In this document: positions 13,925-24,077 of the stretch, piece after piece
Position numbering within the stretch: the first letter of the stretch is position 1
Layout: every line of letters starts with the position of its first letter
Assembly (NCBI GenBank): GCA_030390025.1
Contig: CM059432.1
Location: 59,646,001 to 59,710,000, forward strand
DNA: 64,000 nt
DNA from: Squalus acanthias
Taxonomy: Eukaryota
Direction of reading: 5' to 3'
The notes under the pieces: model-generated
Database searches by the model: none
The model's input: the letters and a program-made list of their open reading frames with translations, nothing else
What the model was told of the DNA's origin: nothing
Translations under genes and position numbers: made by a program

Positions 13925-14760
13925 ATACTTCTAAGTCAGGATGGTGTGTGACTTGGAGGGGAACTTGGAAGTGGTGGTGTTCCCATGCACCTGCTGCCCT
14001 TGTCCTTCTAGGTGGAAGAGGTCGCAGGTTTGAGAGGTGCTGTCAAAGAAGCCTTGGTGAGTTGCTGTAGTGCATCTTGTAGATGGTACACACTGCAGCC
14101 ACGGTACGCCGGTGGTAGAGGGAGTGAATGTTTAAGGTGGTGGATGGGGTGCCAATCAAGCGGGCTGCTTTGTCCTGGATGGTGTCGAATTTCTTGAGTG
14201 TTGTTGGAGCTGCACTCATCCAGGCAAGTGGAGAGTATTCCAGCACACTCCTTACTTGTGCCTTGTAGATGGTGGAAAGGCTTTGGGGAGTCAGGAGGTG
14301 AGACACTCGCTGCAGAATACCTAGCCTCTGACCTGTTCTTGTTGTCACAGTATTTATGTGGCTGGTCCAGTTAAGTTTCTGATCAATGGTGGCCCCCAGG
14401 ATGTTGATGGTGGGGGATTCGACGATGGTAATGCCGTTGAATGTCAAGGGGTGGTGGTTAGACTCTCGCTTGTTGGAGATAGTCATTGTCTGGCACTTGT
14501 GGGGCGCAAATGTTACCTGCCACTTATCAGCCAAGCCTGAACGTCGTCCAGGTCTTGTTGCATGTGAGCATGGACTGCTTCATTATCTGAGGAATTGTGA
14601 AAGGCAACTCCTGAGTGTCTGAACGACATAGCTGCCAGACTGAGCCTGCAGCAGGTGGTGAGAGAAAAACCTACTTGACCTCGTCCTCACCAATCTATCT
14701 GTTGCAGATGCATCTGCCCACGACAGTGACCACCGCACAGTCCTTGCGGAGACAGAGTCA
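13925..14760 (-). mobile_element. CR1/L2-group LINE of a second family (same as 56030-57668), RT C-terminal fragment
   Basis: WQVTFAPHKCQ...ILGATIDQKLNWTSHI...YKAQVRSVLEYSPLAW. Confidence 0.85.
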
Positions 14761-14769
14761 ACCGTATTG

Positions 14770-15800
14770 ACCTCGTCAACCCTCTCTGTTACCTCGTCAA
14801 AAAACTCGATCGTGTTAGTTAAACACGATTTGCCTTTACCAAATCCGTGCTGGCTTTCCTTAATTAATCAACACTTGTCCAAGTAACTGTTAACTTTGTC
14901 CCCGATTATCGTTTCCAAAAGCTTCCCCACTACCGAGGTTAAACTGACTGGCCTGCAGTTGCTGGGTTTATCCTTACATCCTTTTTTAAACAAGGGTGTA
15001 ACAATTGCAATTCTCTAGTCCACTGGCACCACCCCCGTTTCTAAGGAGGATTGGAAGATTATGGCCAATACCTCCGCGATTTCTTCTTTCACTTCCCTCA
15101 GCATCCTAGGATGCAGCCCATCTGGTCCTAGTGACTTATCTACTTTAAGTACAGCCAGCCTTTCCAGTACCTCCTCTATCAATTTTTATCCCATCCAGTA
15201 TCTCCTCTACCTCCTCCTTCACCATGTCTATGGCAGCATCTTCTTCCTTGGTGAAGACAGAAGCAAAGTACTCATTTAGCACCTCAGTCATACTCTCTGC
15301 CTCCATGTGTAAGTCTCCTTTTTGGTCCCTAATCGGCCCCATCCCCCCTCTTACTACCCGATTATTATTTATATGCCTAGAGAAGACTTCTGGATTACCT
15401 TTTATGTTAGCTGCCATTCTATTCTCATACCCTCGCTTTGCCCCTCTTATTTTCTTTTTCACTTCTCCTCTGAACTTTCTATATTTAGCCTGATTCTCAG
15501 ATGTATTCTTGACCTGACATTCGTCATACGCGCTCTTTTTCTGCTTCATCTTACTCTATCTCTTTCATCATCCAGGGAGCTCTGACTTTAGTTGCCCTAC
15601 TTTTCCCCCTACTGGGAACGTACCTCGACTGTACCCGAACTATTTCCTCTTTAAAAGCAGCCCATTGTTCCATTACAGTTTTGCCTGCCAATCTTTGATT
15701 CCAATTTACTCAGGCCAGATCCGTTCTCATCCCACTGAAATTGACCTTCCTCCAATTAAGTATTTTTACTCTAGATTGCTCCCTGTCCTTTTCCTAATTT
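14770..15800 (-). mobile_element. CR1 internal fragment
   Basis: NIKGNPEVF, VLNEYFASVFT and KSLGPDGLHP-type remnants. Confidence 0.85.
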
Positions 15801-15916
15801 AGTAATTACAAATATCTTGTACTGTTGCTTAGTACTGCTGCTACTCACCAGGGCTTCTGTTTTTAAGTAAGTGGAACAGGCAATCGTTTAATTCCTGCAT
15901 CTCAAAGAATCACTGA

Positions 15917-17070
15917 CATAGAAACATAGAAGATAGGAGCAGGAGTAGGCCATTCGGCCCCTCGAGCCTGCTCCGCCATTCGATGAGATCATGGCTGATC
16001 ATCCAAACTCAGTACCCTGTCCCTGCCTTCTCCCCATATCCCTTGATACCTTTAGCCTTAAGAAATATATCTAACTCCTTCTTGAATATATTTACTGACT
16101 TGGCCTCAACTGCCTTCTGTGGGAGAGAATTCCACAGGTTCACCACTCTCTGGGTGAAGAAATTCTTCCTCATCTCTGTCCTAAATGGCTTACCCCTTAT
16201 CTTTAGACTGTGACCTCTTGTTCTGGACTCACCCGCCATCGGGAACATCCTTCCTGCATCCAGTCTGTCTAGCCCTGTTAGAATTTTATAAGTTTCAATG
16301 AGATCTCCTCTCATTCTTCTAAACTCCAGCGAGTATAAGCCCAATCGACCCAATCTCGCCTCGTACGTCATTCCTGCCATCCCAGGTATCAGTCTGGTGA
16401 ATCTTCGTTTCACACCCTCCATGGCAAGAACATCCGTCCTCAGATAAGGCGACCAAAACTGCACACAATACTCAAGGTGTGGTCTCACCAAGGCCCTGTA
16501 CAGCTGCAGCAACACATCCTTGTTCCTGTACTCAAACCCTCTCGCTACAAAGGCCAACATACCATTTGCCTTCTTAACCGCCTGCTGCACCTGCATGCTT
16601 ACCTTCAGCGACTGGTGCACAAGGACACCCAGGTTTCGTTGCACTTCCCCTTCTCCCAATCTATTGCCGTTCAGATAATAATCTGCCTTTCTGTTTTTGC
16701 CACCAAAGTGGATAACCTCGCATTTATCCACATTATACTGCATCTGCTATGCTCTGCCCAATCACCCAACCTGTCCAAATCATACTGGAGTTTCTCGGCA
16801 TCCTCCTCGCAGCACACACGCCCACCCAGCTTTGTGTCATCTGCAAACTTGGAGATATTACATCTAGTTCCCTCGTCTAGATCATTAATATTATATAGAG
16901 TGAATAGCTGGGGTCCTAGGATCGATCCCTGCGGAACCCCACTAGTCACTGCCTGCCACTCGGAAAAAGACCCGTTTATTCCAACTCTTTGCTTCCTGTC
17001 TGCCAACCAGTTCTCTATCCAAGTCAGTACCTTGCCCCCAATCCCATGTGCCTTAACGTTACACGCTAAT
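15917..17070 (-). mobile_element. CR1 LINE, 5'-truncated
   Basis: [34 protein letters not shown] and a (TTCTATGT)-type tail; one frameshift between the listed ORFs. Confidence 0.92.
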
Positions 17071-17789
17071 ATATAAATAATAAAATCAAGTCAATAGACC
17101 TTATTTTGATTAAAATATTTGAATCCCTACCATGCTACAGATGTTTGCTTCTCCAGGCACAATAACTGTACTGGACAAGAGAACTTTCTCCTATGGTACA
17201 GCTTCTACATCAAAGCTCAAAAGTGATGTAAAGACAGACCTTACTACTTCATCAATCTTAAAACTTCTGAGCTTGGATTGGCTCAAGAGAAACTGCCTTT
17301 TGTGTCAGTTTTCAGCTGATCAACAGCCACATAGTTTTTAAAAATCTCCATGAGGCAACAACGTTCACATTTAGAACTGTACAAATAAGAGGGACTTGCC
17401 AATCCATAAACGCTACGGCATCCGACGAGAAAAACGCAACAACGTCCATTTCCTGCAGAGAACACCCTGCACCTTTGGACTGCAAGACACTGATTTGTTC
17501 GTTAGCTAACCAGTATTTGGTTCAGTTAAAGTATCCTGCTGGTTAAACCTTGCTCAGACTTTCATTCAACAGACCATCTCGAGTTACAAAAGTACAATTT
17601 TAAAGCATTTTAATGTAGTGCCGTAATTTGACAATACACTTACTGCAAAACTTTCTCACGCCCTCCAGGAATACAAACATACTGGCCAAGGCTAACCCCA
17701 AGCTCACTGACTAATAAACTACAACATCTACAGATAAAATTGTCTCTGAACTTAAACGCTTAGTCCATACTTTATATATAAACTAAAAT

Positions 17790-18630
17790 TATTCTCGCGA
17801 AATCATATGGCTCGACGCTTCAACTTTTTTAGCGACACTACGACATTTCCAGGATAGCAATGTTAAAGTTTAGATATCGGTCTAGAATTCATCTCAATAC
17901 GATCTGAAGTTGCTGTTTATATTTACTCCTCGCAATCCAGGGAGCTTGAAAACTGCGCAACGAACCCTGGTGCAATCTGCACAAAACCGGCTCAACGTCC
18001 GATCCATAAGGATTTCTTAAAGTTTTAATGATTGTGGATTCAGATTGGAGGTTTTGGCCTTGGTTTGTGACCAGACTCTCCCGGGCCCCCATCACCCAGC
18101 TCCTCTCCCGGTCGGGACGCTTGTCGCCCGGGGGTAGAGGGGGGCCTTACCCCGGGGACTTTACACGCAAGACACCCGTTTCCCAGCCCGGCGGCTTCTT
18201 ACCGTTTTCCAGCCTGACGAGCTGAGGTAACCGGTACGAACTGACTAGCGAGTCAAGCGGCCGCGCGATCCCGCTCCACTGCATCTCCTTGGTGCCGCTC
18301 AGCGTCTCCATGCTGCCCGGTGGCGCCGCTCTAACCGGCGCAGAGACAGGAGGCGCTCAGTCGCAGGCTTCCATCCGGCCTGCGAGCTGCAGGCTCCTTG
18401 GGGCGGGGGTTTGGGGTGGGCTGCGAGTGCTGTCGTGCTGGGCTTCGTGCCGTGCTCCCGAAGCGCCATGCCAGGAATCACACGCTCCAGTCCGGGGCAG
18501 CCGTGGTGCCACTCGCACTAGACGACGGGACAGAGGAGCCGCGCCGCTACCCCATCCATCCCTCCCTCCCGCTCCCGGCGGACGCAACCTTCCTTCATGG
18601 GCCGATCACATCTGCGCAGCCGTAGACACC
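17790..18630. promoter_or_regulatory. CpG island covering GAREM1 promoter, 5' UTR and exon 1
   Basis: Non-repeat, GC- and CpG-dense stretch around the start codon, with GGGGCGGGG GC-box-like motifs, in an otherwise CpG-poor background. Confidence 0.8.
18203..18311 (-). CDS. GAREM1: GAREM1 (GRB2-associated regulator of MAPK1, FAM59A), coding exon 1
   Basis: Minus strand reads ATG (context GCAGC-ATG-G) METLSGTKEMQWSGIARPLDSLVSSYRLPQLVRLEN+G, followed by a GTAAG donor at 18202. It is 109 nt, phase 1. It resembles the GAREM1 N-terminus as I recall it (WSSVAVPLDLLVSTYRLPQIARLDNG) and joins exon 2 in frame. Confidence 0.93.
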
Positions 18631-18984
18631 AACTCCCTTTCATCCCAATATTCTCAGAACTACTTTCTTGTGTATGTTGTCTAATTAATCCACCACCTAG
18701 TCTTGTACCCTTTTATTTCCACTATCACACTCTTCTGTGAAAACTGAGGCAAAGTACTCATTTAGTATCTCCACCTTTCCTTAGCCCTCTATGAGATTTT
18801 TCATCTCTAATTGGCCCTACCGTTTCTTTATATATTTTTACTTTTTATGTCCTTCACTATTTCCTTTGTTAGTTGCCACCCTTTATACCTTCTCTTAGCT
18901 TTTTCGTTTCCTCTATATTCCATTGATTTTCGTTTGTGTTATTAGACCCAGGTTTCTCCTTATCCAAGGAATCTTACCTATTTA

Positions 18985-19690
18985 TTCATAACCAGAGCAT
19001 CTTCCTGCCCCCACACCATTACCTCTGAGTCCCTCAAGGATCTACCCTAGGCACCTTCCTATTCCTCATCTACATTCTGCCCCTTGGCAATATCATCCAA
19101 CGATATGGGATCAGCTTCCAGAAGTATGCTCATAACACCCAGCTCAACCTCTCTGAACTCGTCCAATGCCTCTGTGATGTCAGACTGCTTGCTGACATCC
19201 AAATTGGATGAGCTACAATTTTATCTAGTTAAACATTGGGAAGACCAAAGCCATAATTTTTGGTCCCCATCACAAACTCCATAACCCATGCCACCGATTC
19301 CATCCCTCCTCCCCGGCCACCATCTCTGGTTGAACCTGACTGTTTGCAGCCTCGACATTCGACTTTGACCCTGAGCTGAGCTTCTGACTCTATATCCTCT
19401 GTCACAAAGACCATATATTTCCACCTCTGTAACGTTGCCCACCTCCACTCCTGCTTCAGCCCTTCTGCTGTTAAAACTCTTATCCATGCCTTTTTGTATC
19501 ACCAGACTCAACTATTCCAATACTCTCCTGACTAGCCTCCCATCCTCCATGATCTGTAAACATAAGCTGATCCAGAACTCTGCTGCACGCATCCTATCCC
19601 ACACCAAATCCCACTCACCCATCACTCCTGTCCTTGCTGACTTACATTGGTTCCTTGTTCCCCAACACTTCCAATTTAAAATTCTCATCC
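18985..19690 (+). mobile_element. Degenerate L2 fragment
   Basis: TRLNYSN...QNSAARIL...LADLHWF. It is followed by a short GGGGGTGAAAAT Harbinger-MITE-like end at about 19692-19790. Confidence 0.75.
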
Positions 19691-20574
19691 ATGGGGGTGA
19701 AAATGGCTTTGGTGAAATCGCGAAATGCCCGATAGCGAATCAGCAGCCCATTTTACACCGCGCCCGATGTTCTTTTCTATTGAAGTCAATTATTTCTCTA
19801 ATTTGTTTACATATCTCTTCCTCTTTTCCACTGTTCGGTGGTCTATAATGTACTCCCAGTAGAGTCTCAGCTCCCTTAGAGTCATAGAGTTATACAGCAC
19901 AGAAAGAGACCATTCGGCTCATCGTGTCTGCGCCGGCCATCAAGCCCTGTCTATTCTAATCCCATTTTCTAGCACTTGGTCCGTAGCCTTGTATGCTATG
20001 GCGTTTCAAGTGCTCATCTAAATGCTTCTTGAAAGTTGTGAGGGTTCCTGCCTCTGCCACCCTTTCAGGCAGTGAGTTCCAGATTCCAACCACCCTCTGG
20101 GTGAAAAAGTTTTTCCTCAAATCCCCTCTAAACCTCCTGCCCCTTACCTTGAAACTATGCCCCCTGGTTATTGACACCTCTACTAAGGGGAAAAGTTCCT
20201 TTCTACCTACCCTATCTATGCCCCTCATAATTTTATACACCTCAATCAGGTCCCCCCTCAGCCTTCTCTGCTCTAAGGAAAACAACCCCAGCCTGTCCAG
20301 TCTCTCTTCATAGCTGAAGTGCTGCAGCCCAGGTAACATCCTGGTGAATCTCCTCTGCACCCTCTCCAATGCAATCACATCCTTCCTATAGTGTGGCGAC
20401 CAGAACTGCACACAGTATTCCAGCTGTGGCCTAACTAGCGTTTTGTACAGTTCCATCATAACCTCCCTGCTCTTATATTCTGTTCATGATGCGGAGATGC
20501 CGGTGTTGGACTGGGGTGGACAAAATTGAGAGGTCGCACAACACCAGGTTATAGTCCAACAGTTTTTTTTGAAA

Positions 20575-20616
20575 TCACAAGCTTTCGGAGCTATCGATTG
20601 CCCCTTCCTCAGGTGA
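20575..20616 (-). ncRNA. Minimal hammerhead ribozyme motif (left arm)
   Basis: Exact reverse complement of the motif at 21044-21085. Confidence 0.75.
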
Positions 20617-21043
20617 AGTAAATTAGATACAGAATCGCCAAAGCATATATAGATAGAGAACAAAGCATGTGTACCTTACAATTGCAGACCACTAAATTAA
20701 ATCATCCTGACTATCTGCCGAGGTGTGATAAAGTTAATCAAGTCAGCCAGGAAGGTACCACATCAAAGACATAGCAAGATACAACTGAGACAATGAGGTG
20801 TAGTCGCAGGGGTTCTAAAGTGTCAAAACACGTTAGACACGTTAGAACCCCTGCGACTACACCTCATTGTCTCAGTTGTATCTTGCTATGTCTTTGATGT
20901 GGTACCTTCCTGGCTGACTTGATTAACTTTATCACACCTCGGCAGATAGTCAGGATGATTTAATTTAGTGGTCTGCAATTGTAAGGTACACATGCTTTGT
21001 TCTCTATCTATATATGCTTTGGCGATTCTGTATCTAATTTACT

Positions 21044-21085
21044 TCACCTGAGGAAGGGGCAATCGATAGCTCCGAAAGCTTGTGA
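21044..21085 (+). ncRNA. Minimal hammerhead ribozyme motif (right arm)
   Basis: TCAC CTGAGGA A GGGGC-AATCGATA-GCTCC GAAA GC TT GTGA, followed by AATAAA at 21091-21096. Confidence 0.78.
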
Positions 21086-21597
21086 TTTCAAATAAAACTG
21101 TTGGACTATAACCTGGTGTTGTGCGACCTCTCAATCTTATATTCTGTGCCTCGGCTAATGAAGGCAAGTATCCCATATGCCTTCTTAACCACCTTATCTA
21201 CCTGTCCTGCTGCCTTCAGGGATCTATGTACAAGGTCCCTCTGATCCTCTGTCCTTCCTAGGGTCCTACCATTCATTGTGTATTCCCTTGCCTTGTTAGT
21301 CCTCCCAAAATGCATCACCTCACACTTTTTAGGGTTAAATTCCATTTGCCACTGTTCCGCCCATCTGACCATCCCGTCTATATTGTCCTGTAGCCTGAGG
21401 CTTCCCTCCTCGCTATTTACCACCCCACCAATTTTCCTGTCATCTGCGAACTTACTGATCATACCTCCTACATTCATATCTAAATCATTAATGTACACTA
21501 CAAACAGCAACAGACCCAGCACCGATCCCTGCGGTACACCACTGGACACAGGCTTCCAGTCACAAAAACAACCTTCGACCATCACCCTCTGCCTCCT

Positions 21598-21860
21598 GAT
21601 GCGGAGATGCCGGTGTTGGACTGGGGTGGACAAAAGTGAGAAGTCGCACAACACCAGGTTATAGTCCAACAGTTTTATTTGAAATCACAAGCTTTCGGAG
21701 CTGCTGCTCCTTCTCCTTCATTGTTCTCTGTCTATATATGCTTTGCCGATTTGTATTCCTTCACTTCACCTGACGAAGGAGCAGCAGCTCCGAAAGCTTG
21801 TGATTTCAAATAAAACTGTTGGACTATAACCTGGTGTTGTGCGATTTCTCACTTTTGTCC
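21598..21860. mobile_element. Penelope mini-insertion 2 (different subfamily): tail plus inverted pLTR ends (86-bp arms)
   Basis: Arms 21628-21713 and 21775-21860 differ at 1 position. The direct repeat CCTCTGCCTCCTG occurs at 21586-21598 and 21859-21871. Confidence 0.9.
21766..21803 (+). ncRNA. Minimal hammerhead ribozyme motif
   Basis: TCAC CTGACGA A GGAGC-AGCA-GCTCC GAAA GC TT GTGA. Confidence 0.8.
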
Positions 21861-23017
21861 TCTGCCTCCTGCCACTAAGCCAATTTTGGATCCAGTGTGC
21901 CAAATTGCCCTGGATCCCATGGTATCTTAACTTCTTGCCCAGTCTCCCATGTGGGACTTTGTCAAAAGCCTTACTGAAGTCCATGTAGATTACATCAACT
22001 GCACTACCCTCATCCACACACCTAGTCACTCCCTCAAAAAATTGAATCAAATTGGTTAGACATGATCTCCCCCTGACAAAGCTATGCTGACTATCCTTGA
22101 TTAATCCTTGCCTCTCCAAGTGGAAACTAATTTTGTCCCTCAGAATTTTTTCCAATAATTTCCCTACCACTGATGTTAGGCTCACTGGCCTGTAATTCCC
22201 TGGTTTATCCCTACTACCCTTCTTGAATAATGGTACTACGTTAGCTGTCCTCCAGTCCTCTGGCACCTCCCCAGTGGCCAGAGAGGTTCTGAAAATTTGT
22301 GTCAGAGCCCCTGCAATCTCCTCTCTTGCCTCACACAGCAGCCTGGTATACATCTCGTCTGGGCCTGGGGATTTATCCACTTTTAAGCCCGCTAAAACTG
22401 CTAGTACCTCCTCCGTCTCAATGCTAATTTGTTCAAGTATATCACAATCCCCCTGCCTGATTTCTATGCCTACATCGTCCTTCTCCATAGTGAACACAGA
22501 TGCAAAATATTCATTTAAAACCTCACCTACATCTTCTGGCTCTACACACAGATTGCCACTTTGGTCCCTAATGGGCCCTACTCTTTCCCTGGTTATCCTC
22601 TTGCCCTTAATATACCGATAAAACACCTTGGGATTTTCCTTTATTTTGCACGCCAGTGTTTTTTCATGCCCCCTCTTCGCTCTCCTAATTTATTTTTTAA
22701 CTAGAGTGCAGTTTGTCACGGAGTGCAGATTGGAACAGAGTGTTAAGCTGCGAGTTTGGTGAGTGAGTGAGTGAGTGAGGGGAGGGAGGTATTCCTTTCT
22801 TTTTCCATCTTTGTCAGCTTCCAGGAGAGCAGGAGCTAAAAAGCTGCACAAGAGGGGACAGCGAACCAGCGGTGAGTATTTCTACAGTATTTCTACATTC
22901 CAGTCATTAAAGTAAAAGTAAGGTCTCTAGTTTAGAGTAAGTAGTGTTTAAAGGGAAGTAAGGTCCCTAGTGTATTTAATATTCTTTAATTTAAAGGGAG
23001 TAAATTAAGGGTAGGAC

Positions 23018-23980
23018 ATGGCAGGGCAGCTCGGCAGTGTGGAGTGCTCCTCCTGTGCTATGTTGGAAGTCAGGGACACTTTAGGTGTCCAGGGCGAACA
23101 CATGTGCAGTAAGTGTCTCCAGCTGCAGCGACTCGAAATCCGCGTTTCGGAGCTGGAGCTGCGGCTGGAGTCACTGTGGAGCATCTGCAAAACTGAGATC
23201 TTCGTGGATAGCATGTTTAACAAGGTGGTCACACCGCAGGTAAAGAGTGCACAGGCAGACAGGGAATGGGTGACCGCCAGACAGAGTAAAAGAACTCAGA
23301 AGGTAGTGCAGAAGTCCCCTGGGTCCATCTCCCTCTCCGACAGATTTTCCGTTTTGGATACTGATGGGGGAGATGGTATCTCAGGGGAATGCAGCAAGAG
23401 CCAAGTCTGTGGCACTACGAGTGGCTCAGCTGCACAGGAGGGGAGGAAAAAGAGTGGGAGAGCAATGGTGATAGGGGATTCTATCATAAGGGGAACAGAT
23501 AGACGTTTCTGTGGCCGCAGACGTGACTCTAGGATGGTATGTTGCCTCCCTGGTGCCAGGGTCAAGGATGTCACTGAACGGCTGCAGGGCATTCTGAAGG
23601 GGGAGGGTGAACAGTCAGAGGTCGTGGTTCACATTGGTACCAACGACATGGGTAGAAAGAGGGATGAGGTCCTGCAACAAGAATTTAGGGAGCCAGGTAG
23701 CAGATTAAAAAGCAGGACCTCAAAGGTTGTAATCTCTAGATTACTCCCGGTGCCACGTGCTACTGAGTATAGGAATAGGAGGATAGAGCAGATGAATGCG
23801 TGGCTAAAGAGTTGGTGCAGGAGGAGGGCTTTAGTTTCCTGGATCACTGAGTCTGCTTCTGGGGAAGGTGGGACCTGTACAAGTCAGACGGGTTGCACCT
23901 GAACCAGAACGGGATCAACATCCTTGCGGGGAGGTTTGCTAGTACTGTTGGGGGGGGGGGAGTTTAAACTAACTTTGCAG
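23018..23980 (+). pseudogene. CR1-B ORF1: zinc finger, leucine zipper and SGNH esterase; frameshifted near 23822
   Basis: CSSC...CSKC, LEIRVSELELRLESL, GDSIIRG and HIGTND; the DGLH motif continues in another frame. Confidence 0.85.
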
Positions 23981-24077
23981 GGGGATGGGATATGGAGTGG
24001 AGCTATAGTAGGGGGTGATGCACAGCCAAATATAGAGGAAAAAACAAGTCAGCCTGGAAGGCAGAGCAAATATGTAA

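Larger units (their letters stand above)
20484..21135. mobile_element. Penelope mini-insertion 1: tail plus inverted pLTR pair (300-bp arms)
   Basis: Arms 20525-20824 and 20836-21135 are reverse complements with 2 mismatches. A TSD (T)CTTATATTCTGT sits at 20471-20483 and 21135-21147. The sequence matches the Penelope 3' region at about 1364-1660. Confidence 0.92.

Noticed and set aside
21106..21669. 187-aa ORF appearing to fuse novel termini to an RT segment
   Set aside because: Chance read-through from Penelope insertion 2 into CR1-A and out into insertion 1.
21685..21713. Fifth hammerhead on the minus strand of insertion 2
   Set aside because: Truncated inside the CUGANGA core, so incomplete.
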